From contig CAVTHS010000002.1 in NCBI GenBank assembly GCA_963734535.1, positions 1-64,000 of the forward strand: DNA of 64,000 nucleotides, given 5' to 3'. The position numbers and the translations under genes are program-made. The notes under the pieces are model-generated. The model was not told where the DNA came from, ran no database searches, and saw only the letters and a list, made by a program, of their open reading frames with translations. The DNA is from an uncultured Chloroflexia bacterium (lineage in GTDB: Bacteria > Chloroflexota > Limnocylindria > Limnocylindrales > CSP1-4). Of the stretch, positions 1 to 7,141 are shown piece by piece (positions within the stretch are counted from its first letter, which is position 1; every line of letters begins with the position of its first letter).

Positions 1-381
1 GGCCGGCATCAGGATCGCCGCCGCGAACTGGTTTGCTTCGATCTCCTCGGCGTCAGTCGCCGCGCTCGAGGTGGCGTCCCGGAAGTTGAGCCGCACATGG
101 TCCAGAACCAGCGGTCGACCTTTGTGGAGGACGAGGTGGGCGACCTCGTGAGCCACGGTGAACCGTTGGCGGCGGGGAGCGTGGAGGTCATTCACGCCGA
201 TCATTACCGAGTCGACGTCCCGGAGGAGTAGGCCGGATACGTCGCGGTCGAGGCGCTCGCGGATGATCTGGGCTCCGAGATACTCGGCCACGGCCTCAAC
301 ATCGATCGGCACATTGCCGGCGTGCCCCAATTCGCGGAGGACCCGCTCCGCCTCTGCCTCTGCTGCTCTACGCGTCGCCAT
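1..381 (-). CDS. ImmA/IrrE-family Zn metallopeptidase (CapP-like), 3' end runs off the window
   Basis: Not in the ORF track; read by hand from the ATG at 381: MATRRAAEAEAERVLRELG...PIDVEAVAEYLG...RQRFTVAHEVAHLVLH...EEIEANQFAAAILMPA. Has the HExxH motif and the E-x-x-A-N-x-F-A motif of Peptidase_M78. Confidence 0.9.
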   Translation of the reverse strand, partial: MATRRAAEAEAERVLRELGHAGNVPIDVEAVAEYLGAQIIRERLDRDVSGLLLRDVDSVMIGVNDLHAPRRQRFTVAHEVAHLVLHKGRPLVLDHVRLNFRDATSSAATDAEEIEANQFAAAILMPA

Positions 382-698
382 CGGATTGCTCCTTCTGGGC
401 TCGTCGCATGATTCGCAAGAAGGGTTCCTGATCGGCGGGCGACAAGCCGCGCAAGCGTCGGTCAGGCTTCACATCTGGTTCTGGGTGGGCCGGTGGAAGG
501 AGATCTGCCGGCTTGACCTCGAGGACGCGGGCGAACTCCATCAGGAGATGGAGGGACAACCGCTGGCGGCCCCGCTCGATGTTCGCGACGGACGTCCGGC
601 TGAGGCCGACCCCCGGCGCGACCTCGGCCTGGCTCATCCCCTTTCGCCTGCCGGGCAAGGCGGAGCCGGTCGCCGAACTCCCGGTAGAACGGTTCCAC
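368..698 (-). CDS. XRE-family HTH transcriptional regulator (CapH-like), one frameshift near 640
   Basis: MEPFYREFGDRLRLARQAKG (ORF 462..698) joins MSQAEVAPGVGLSRTSVANIERGRQRLSLHLLMEFARVLEVKPADLLP (ORF 368..769). Its stop overlaps the peptidase start. Confidence 0.85.
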
Positions 699-874
699 GG
701 GCGGAGTATGCCACTGACAGGTGATGTGGATGGCGTGTGGACAACTTTGTGTGTGTCACCAACTGTCACCCATCAGTCCGTTCGACTTGACAACGGCGCT
801 CGCCGAGGCGCAGATTCGACCCTGACGACGCGACCGCGCCGCGACAGCCCCGCGCTCCAGGAGACCCCATCGCC
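699..874. promoter_or_regulatory. Divergent promoter region between the HTH/peptidase pair and the CBASS operon
   Basis: Less GC-rich spacer, with a TGTCACC direct repeat at 754-760 and 764-770 and TTGACA at 787-792. Confidence 0.45.
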
Positions 875-1978
875 GTGCTTCCCCTGAACAACCATTTCGA
901 CGGCCTGCTCAAGATTCTGAACCCGCCCGAGGACCGGCAGGCCCTGGCCGGGAAACTGCCGCCCATCGTTCGCGACCACCTCGAGAAGTCCGACCTGATC
1001 GAGACCGTCGCGGAGTCACCCATCTCCCGCCTCGCCGGGTCGTACGGCCGCCGGACCGTCTCGGGCGACATCCACGACGTCGACATCATCGTCTTCGTCG
1101 CCGAGTCATACCGCCGCAAGCCGGTCGAGGAAGTCCTCGACGACCTGACCGCGGCCCTGAAGGACCTCGAGGTCGAGGGCTACGAGAAGGGCGACGTCAA
1201 GACCAACCGCAAGCAGCGCCGGTCGTGCCATGTCGAGTTCCGCCATCCAGGCAGCGACGTCCCGGCCTTCCACATCGACGTCGTGCCGGTCATCCGGCCG
1301 GGCGACGACCCCAACGTGATCCTGGACATCCCGGACCGCGAATGGACGCGATGGGTGCCGACGCAACCACTCGGCTACGGCCAGCGCCTGAGCGCCCAGA
1401 ACGCCGAATGGGACGGCGAGGTCGTGCCCGTGATCCGCGAGTTCAAGCAGATCAAGTTCCACAACATGCCCAAGGGTCGGCCGAAGTCGTACTGGTCCGA
1501 GGTCATGGTCTACCACGTCTTCGACGAGGGTCTGGTACCGAAGACGCGGTACCTGGGCGGCTCGTACAACCGGCCCGAGCGCATGCTCCAGGTGCTTCGC
1601 GCGATCCTCGCCAAGTACGGCCAGAACACCGCCGAGGGCCTGGACACGCCGTACGTGGCGGATCCCTGCCTCGGCCACAACATCGCCTTCGCCTGGCCCA
1701 AGGAGGACTACGTCCGCTGGGTCAAGATGCTGACCGACGCGATCGAGACGGTCGCCGCGGTCGAGAACTCGACGGATCGCGACGCGTCCACTAAAGCCTG
1801 GAAGAAGGTCTTAGGCGACGACGTGTTCGAGCCCGACGAAGAGGAGGTCGCCGCGAAGGCCGCCCAGGCCCGGGCCATCGCCACGGCCGCCAAGGTGGCC
1901 GGCGGGGCGATCGTCTCTGCTGCGACCGCAGCGAAGGGCATCGCCGTGCCCACACATCGGGCATACGGCGACCGGTGA
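875..1978 (+). CDS. cGAS/DncV-like nucleotidyltransferase (CD-NTase, SMODS) of CBASS
   Basis: Pol-beta NTase motif GSYGRRT...HDVDII, third Asp in HIDVVP, then PKSY and VADP motifs. Ala-rich tail ending THRAYGDR. Lies upstream of an E2-like gene and a SAVED effector. Confidence 0.9.
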   Translation: MLPLNNHFDGLLKILNPPEDRQALAGKLPPIVRDHLEKSDLIETVAESPISRLAGSYGRRTVSGDIHDVDIIVFVAESYRRKPVEEVLDDLTAALKDLEVEGYEKGDVKTNRKQRRSCHVEFRHPGSDVPAFHIDVVPVIRPGDDPNVILDIPDREWTRWVPTQPLGYGQRLSAQNAEWDGEVVPVIREFKQIKFHNMPKGRPKSYWSEVMVYHVFDEGLVPKTRYLGGSYNRPERMLQVLRAILAKYGQNTAEGLDTPYVADPCLGHNIAFAWPKEDYVRWVKMLTDAIETVAAVENSTDRDASTKAWKKVLGDDVFEPDEEEVAAKAAQARAIATAAKVAGGAIVSAATAAKGIAVPTHRAYGDR

Positions 1979-2490
1979 ACCGCTTCCAGCTGGGCGTCCA
2001 GCCACCATCGATGGTGGACCAGGAGATGGCCATGCTCCGGCACCGCGGGGTCTTCACGAAGATCCGGCGTCACCCGTGGGTCTGGCGCGGCCTGGTGAGG
2101 ACGCACGCGGGAGGACAGGTCTACGTGATCGACATCGACGCTGGTGCCCGCCCGGGTGACGCCGTGAGGATCTGGTGCCGCGAGCCGATGCTCGTGGCGC
2201 TCGGCGACACGGGTCGTGCGCCGCACACGTTCGCGGACGGCTCCCTGTGCGTGAACAAGGAGCCGCCGTCGCGCTTCTTGTTCCTGGCCGAGACGGTCGT
2301 CCCGTGGATCTACGCGTGGCTGTACTTCTACGAGAGGTGGCTCGAGACCGGCGATTGGCTTGGGCCTCAAAGCCCCGGGCACGAGGTCGACCGGGCGTCG
2401 AGCGAGCAGCCGGTCAAGGACGAGCCGCGCTCGGAGGGGCAGGATCCGATCGACTCGGCGCGAACCAGGAATCGCGGAACGGCAGCATGA
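1975..2490 (+). CDS. Stand-alone E2-like (ubiquitin-conjugating fold) CBASS ancillary protein
   Basis: APHTFADGSLCV...LAETVVPWIYAWLYFYERWLETGDWLG matches the PH..dg.LC / T++PW...WL..YE.W..TG.W.G pattern of type II-short CBASS E2 proteins. GTGA overlap with the CD-NTase stop. Confidence 0.8.
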   Translation: MNRFQLGVQPPSMVDQEMAMLRHRGVFTKIRRHPWVWRGLVRTHAGGQVYVIDIDAGARPGDAVRIWCREPMLVALGDTGRAPHTFADGSLCVNKEPPSRFLFLAETVVPWIYAWLYFYERWLETGDWLGPQSPGHEVDRASSEQPVKDEPRSEGQDPIDSARTRNRGTAA

Positions 2491-3645
2491 GCCGCCCGAT
2501 CCGTGACTTCCTCTCGCACGAGCACGGCGACCGACCGGCGCTCGTCCGGCTCGAGACCGACATGCGCCGGCGCGGCCTGTCGTCGTGGCGCGACCGCAAG
2601 GACCAGCACCGCGGCGTCGCGACCGACCCGGCCGTCCTGAAGGCGATCAGGTCCGACACCGACGGCTTCGTGATCTACGGCACCAAACGGATCCTCAACA
2701 GTGCCTACGTCTGGGAGCACGAGTGGGAGCCCGCCTACGTCCGCAACCAAGCCGAGTCGGGCGCCGACCATCCGTTCCCGTACCCGCTGATCCCGATCTT
2801 CGCGGGCGCCGGTGTCGCAGACCTCAAGGCCGCTGCCATCCGCTTCAAGCAGCCGATCCCGACGACATTCAACGGGGAGCGGCTGACGCCCGGCCCCGCC
2901 GGACGGCTGGTTATGGCGAACTACCTGCTGCGGACGGCGCTGACGCGACGGGCCGCCGTGGCGCCCCACGGGCCGCTCCGGCTGCACCTGAGCACGTTCG
3001 CGGTGGCAGACGACCTGGAGGCGGACGTGCTCGTAGACTGGTCACCGGAGTTCGCCCCGGGCTCCGTGCCGCCCTGGCCAGATCTGCTTGTGGCTCGCGA
3101 CGACCTCGCCGCCGAGTTGGCTCGCCCGGGACGTGGGCTCGAGATCTCGGTCCAGGCCCGCCTCGGGCCAGCATTCGCATTCGGGCACGGATTCCCGCAC
3201 GTGTCGAAGATCCCGATCACCGCGGGCGGCGGGTGGCAACTCGGCGACAAGGAGGACCCAGCCCTCGTCGCTGCGACCGACGTCGCGCTCGCCGGCGGCG
3301 ATCCGCGGGTCGCGGTCGTCGAGGTATCGTTCGCCCGGACGGTGACGGTCGCTGTCGATCGCGGCCTCATTGCCCTTGGGATCGCGCCGTCACAGCGGCT
3401 CTCGCTGGCCTACGGGCCGGGCGTCGACCACGTGGATGCTGCGGTCGCGGCAGGCTGCGACAGCGGCCTTCGGGCACCGGGTCAAGCGGCTGCGCGACGA
3501 GGGCGTGACCGAGACGCATGTGTTCCTGGCCGGACCCGCGCCGCTGGCCTTGCTACTCGGGGCGTCCATAAACGCCGGACCAGCGATGACCCTCTACCAC
3601 ACGGTCGACGGCGAGTACGTCCGCTCGGTGCGGTTGCCCGCCTGA
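2487..3645 (+). CDS. TIR-SAVED CBASS effector, one frameshift near 3450
   Basis: ATGA overlap at 2487. N-terminal TIR: FLSH, SWRD, SAYVWEHEW with the putative catalytic Glu. C-terminal SAVED: ARLGPAFAFG, then HVFLAGPAPLALLLG and GEYVRSVRL in ORF 3370..3645. Confidence 0.85.
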
Positions 3646-3664
3646 CCATTTCCGGCGGCACCAG

Positions 3665-3886
3665 TCATGGCGCCCGCCACTGGTGGAGGACGCTCTCGCC
3701 ACAGTCGCGGCAGACCCAGGTGCTCCGGTACGACTTCGGCTGCCCGTCGGCGAGGATCGGGATCGTCCTGTCCATCCGAACCCAGCGCTCGCCGTGGCGA
3801 TACGAGAGGGTCCGCTCTACGTCGAGTAGGTTTGGCTGGTGCTTGCGTCGGCAAATACCACTGATTTCACTGCCACAATCGATCAC
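3665..3886 (-). CDS. Small hypothetical protein, possible Zn-binding (C-x3-H...CRDC)
   Basis: 73-aa ORF from a GTG at 3886, convergent on CBASS. No recognised family. Confidence 0.3.
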   Translation of the reverse strand: MIDCGSEISGICRRKHQPNLLDVERTLSYRHGERWVRMDRTIPILADGQPKSYRSTWVCRDCGESVLHQWRAP

Positions 3887-3973
3887 CAGACGGATGGTTG
3901 TAGACGAGAGTCGGATTCGGCCTCTCGATCGCGGTTGGCGCCTGGCCTGCCGTGGATTCCTCGGTGCCAATTC

Positions 3974-4004
3974 TGACAGCAGATTTGACAGCAGATTGAC
4001 AGCA
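3974..4004. repeat. Three TGACAGCA direct repeats, candidate integrase arm-type sites of an att junction
   Basis: Copies at 3974-3981, 3986-3993 and 3997-4004, about 70 bp beyond the tRNA-His 3' end. Confidence 0.6.
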
Positions 4005-4031
4005 ACTGGGCGGTCTTCGGCGACACCGAGC

Positions 4032-4058
4032 GACCCTCCGCGTGGTCCGCGGAGGGTC
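4032..4058 (-). terminator. Hairpin downstream of tRNA-His
   Basis: Perfect 11-bp stem GACCCTCCGCG / CGCGGAGGGTC with a 5-nt loop and no clear U-tract. Confidence 0.55.
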
Positions 4059-4073
4059 ATTCGTGCCAGGAAG

Positions 4074-4150
4074 TGGGGTGGCCTACGGGGCTTGAACCCG
4101 CAACCTTCGGAGCCACAATCCGATGCTCTACCGATTGAGCTAAGGCCACC
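4074..4150 (-). tRNA. tRNA-His(GTG)
   Basis: Reverse complement GGTGGCCTTAGCTCAATCGGTAGAGCATCGGATTGTGGCTCCGAAGGTTGCGGGTTCAAGCCCCGTAGGCCACCCCA. Has the G-1:C73 pair, GTG anticodon, TTC T-loop and an encoded CCA. Confidence 0.97.
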
Positions 4151-4371
4151 GCGGTCGCAGCGCGCGGCACGGCCGGGACCGGCGCGCGGGACTGGCGGAG
4201 TATACGCGAGTGCGAGACCGGGGAGGGTGATGCCATTCGAGGGTGATGCCGGCCGTCGAGTCCGACTGGCACGTCGGGAGCTCGATGCGCGCGTTCGCGG
4301 TCTCGGGACGGCACGGCCGGTTGCTCCGCAGCGGGCCGTGAGGAGGTCTTCGCGACGCTCGCGCTCGCCGG

Positions 4372-4896
4372 TCAGCCGTGGAGGGGCCCCAGGACCTCCT
4401 CGTCGTACGCCCAGCCGTCGATGTCGGGCGGGTCATAGCCCAGGATCGTGAGGGCGTGCCGGACCTGGGTGCGGTGCTCAGATCCATGGTCGAGCGCCTG
4501 CGTGAAGAAAGTGATCGCGCGGATCACGGCCGGCTCGCCCCGATGGCGTGCCGTCACGATGGCGTCGGGTGCCATGGCCGCCGCCAGCTCGGTCAGCGCC
4601 GCCGCCGACGCCGCCGCTCGGCGGCGCAGGACCGCGACGGAAGGCGCGAGCGCCTCCGGTGGGGTGGGCCGGTCGGTTCCGCCGGCGGCATCGGGCCCGG
4701 GCGCGGTCTGGCCGCGCAGGCCGCGCACGTAGCGCTCTTCGGCCTCGACCAGGTGGCGGAGCGTCGCGCCCAACCCCCCGAAGGTGCCCTGCACGACGAA
4801 CTCGAGCTGGTCGGAGGGCAGCGCTTCGCACGAGGCGAGGAGGCGATCCGAGGCCCACGCGTGGTGGCGGAAGAGCGCGACGAAGCCGGCGTCCAC
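4372..4896 (-). CDS. DinB/YfiT-family putative metalloenzyme
   Basis: LFRHHAWASDRLL...TLRHLVEAE...ALDHGSEHRTQV with the three-His pattern. GTG start at 4896. Confidence 0.85.
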   Translation of the reverse strand: MDAGFVALFRHHAWASDRLLASCEALPSDQLEFVVQGTFGGLGATLRHLVEAEERYVRGLRGQTAPGPDAAGGTDRPTPPEALAPSVAVLRRRAAASAAALTELAAAMAPDAIVTARHRGEPAVIRAITFFTQALDHGSEHRTQVRHALTILGYDPPDIDGWAYDEEVLGPLHG

Positions 4897-5295
4897 CGGT
4901 GGATCATATCGGGCCCAGCGGACCGGGCGGGGACTCGCAAGGCACGCTCGGAGGCAGGCCGCCGCGCCGCACGCGCGGCCGGCGCCGTGCCCGGCCGACC
5001 CAGGGCCCTCCGGGCCGGCCCCGGCGCGTCCCGACTCACCTGCTGCACGGGCGGTCGGCCCGTTGCCCCTGGCCCGGCGCCGGTGCGTGCCTGGTCCGCC
5101 TGCCGCCGACGCGAGCGGCACATTGCCCCTGGCCGGGCCCCTCGCCCGGCCCGCCCGGCTCGCCTGTCGCCCGCGCAACCGGACCGCTCCACCCGCAACC
5201 GCACCAGGCGCCACACAGGACCACCGCCGGTCGGGGGGCAGGACCATCGCGCGGGGTGACCGACAAGCCGCCGCCGCCTACGGTTGTCCCACGCC

Positions 5296-6294
5296 ATGCA
5301 TACCACCATGTTCTCCCGGTCCGCCGCCCCCGCCCGCCTCGCCATGATGCTTGCCGTCGCCCTGGTCGCGACGAGCGTCGGCCTCGTGGCGTTGCCCGGT
5401 CGGGCGCTCGCGTGGAGCGACAACTCGTTCGACTCGATCGCCGAGCAGCAGCTCTTCACGCTGACGAACCAGGCCCGCGCGAGCGCAGGACTGTCCACGC
5501 TGCGCTGGGACTCGACCCTCGGGGGTGTCGCCCGCTGGCGCTCCGAGGACATGGCGACGCGCGACTACTTCAGCCACAACATCCCCCCCGGTGGCGGGTT
5601 GGTCTTCGCCGTCCTGGACCAGAAGGGGTACTGCTACAAGTCCGCGGGCGAGAACATCGGCTGGAACAACTATCCGGATGACCAGGCGACATCGGTCGTC
5701 CAGGCCAACTTCATGAACTCATCTGGTCACCGCGCGAACATCCTGGGATCGACCTGGGACGTCGCCGGGATCGGAGCCTACAAGCTCGCCGACGGGCGCA
5801 AGTTCTATACCGTCCTGTTCGCCGACAAGGCCGGATGCGGGTCGACGCCCGTGGCGACCCCCAAGCCCACGCCGAAGCCCACGCCCAAGCCGACCCCGGC
5901 CCCGACCCCGACGCCCGTCGCCACCCCGGCGCCCGACGCCGAAGCCGACCGCCAAGCCGACCGCCAAGCCGACGCCTCGACCGACGCCCCGCGTCACATC
6001 GACCCCCGCGCCCACCCCGGCGAGGAACGCCACGCCGGAGCCGGCAGCGACGTCGACGGCCACGCCGACCCCGACCCGCCGACCCCGGCGCTCGAGCCGA
6101 CCCCGACCCCGACGCCAGAGCCGACCGCAACCCCGACCGCGACGCCCGTGCCGGATGCGACAGCCGCTGCCCAGCCGGCGGACGGCCCCGCGCTGCCCGA
6201 CGGCGTGTCGCTCCGGGTCAACGGCGCGGCACCCGCGCCCGGCCTGGTCGGCGGCCTGCTTGACAGCCTGCTCGCGCTGATCTTCGGCTCCTGA
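5296..6294 (+). CDS. Secreted CAP/SCP-domain protein with Pro/Thr-rich linker
   Basis: Signal peptide, then LTNQAR, RSEDMATRDYFSH, GENIG and SSGHRANIL. Probable compensating frameshifts within the PT repeats. Confidence 0.85.
   Translation: MHTTMFSRSAAPARLAMMLAVALVATSVGLVALPGRALAWSDNSFDSIAEQQLFTLTNQARASAGLSTLRWDSTLGGVARWRSEDMATRDYFSHNIPPGGGLVFAVLDQKGYCYKSAGENIGWNNYPDDQATSVVQANFMNSSGHRANILGSTWDVAGIGAYKLADGRKFYTVLFADKAGCGSTPVATPKPTPKPTPKPTPAPTPTPVATPAPDAEADRQADRQADASTDAPRHIDPRAHPGEERHAGAGSDVDGHADPDPPTPALEPTPTPTPEPTATPTATPVPDATAAAQPADGPALPDGVSLRVNGAAPAPGLVGGLLDSLLALIFGS
5845..6150 (+). repeat. Low-complexity Pro-Thr/Lys coding repeats (TPKP, TPTP)
   Basis: Imperfect tandem 6- and 12-bp units inside the CAP gene. 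Confidence 0.7.
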
Positions 6295-6385
6295 GCCGCT
6301 CCTTTCGGCGCTCTGGAGCCCATCGTGGCTCCGCTACACTTCGGGCCATGCTGACCGACCCGGGTCGCGCTGCGGCGTCCGCCTG

Positions 6386-7138
6386 ATGCCGCCGATCCTC
6401 GAGGCGCGCGACGTGACGCGGCGATATCGCGTCGGCAGCGGCGACGTCGATGCCGTGCGCGGCGTCTCGCTGACGGTGGACGCCGGCGAGTTCGTGGCCT
6501 TCATGGGCCCGTCGGGGTCCGGCAAGAGCACGCTCCTCCACCTGCTGGGTGGGCTCGACCGGCCGACGTCCGGCGACGTCGTGCTCGACGGGGAGCTCGT
6601 CAGCCGGCTCTCGGATGACGCGGCCACCCGGCTTCGCCGCGAGAAGACGGGCTTCGTCTTCCAGTTCTTCAACCTGATTCCCCTCCTGAGCGTCTGGGAG
6701 AACGTGGCGCTCCCGTTCACGATCGCAGGGGAGGACGCGCGCCGCGGCGAGCACGCCGACGCGGTCCGGGCCGCGCTCGCCTCGGTGGACCTGGACGGGA
6801 AGGAGCGCCACCGGCCCGACCAGCTGTCTGCCGGCGAGCAGCAGCGTGTCGCGCTTGCCCGGGCGCTCGTTCGCCGCCCCGCGCTCCTCCTCGCGGACGA
6901 GCCGACCGGGAACCTGGACTTCTCGACCGGGACGGAGATCCTGGATCGACTCTGGCGCTCGTGTCACGAGGGTGGCCAGACGGTGGTCCTCGTGACCCAC
7001 GACGCAAAGGCGGCGGCCTACGCGGACCGCGTCTACGTGATGCACGACGGGTCGCTCCGCGATGAGATTCGGCTGGGCCGGCGCGAGGACCATGGGGCAG
7101 GCCAGCTGATCGCCCGGCTCGCCGACCTGGGCCTCTGA
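6386..7138 (+). CDS. ABC transporter ATP-binding protein (LolD/MacB-like)
   Basis: Walker A GPSGSGKS, signature LSAGEQQRV, LLADEPTGNLD, H-loop VTHD. Confidence 0.95.
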   Translation: MPPILEARDVTRRYRVGSGDVDAVRGVSLTVDAGEFVAFMGPSGSGKSTLLHLLGGLDRPTSGDVVLDGELVSRLSDDAATRLRREKTGFVFQFFNLIPLLSVWENVALPFTIAGEDARRGEHADAVRAALASVDLDGKERHRPDQLSAGEQQRVALARALVRRPALLLADEPTGNLDFSTGTEILDRLWRSCHEGGQTVVLVTHDAKAAAYADRVYVMHDGSLRDEIRLGRREDHGAGQLIARLADLGL

Positions 7139-7141
7139 TCC

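Noticed and set aside
2175-4451. 758-aa ORF running through tRNA-His
   Set aside because: It is a chimera: the true TIR-SAVED starts at 2487 and shifts frame near 3450, and the remainder is read-through across the att region and tRNA.
5845-6150. Repeat tract as a possible CRISPR or VNTR system
   Set aside because: It is a coding Pro/Thr linker with no constant repeat-spacer structure, and there are no cas genes in the window.
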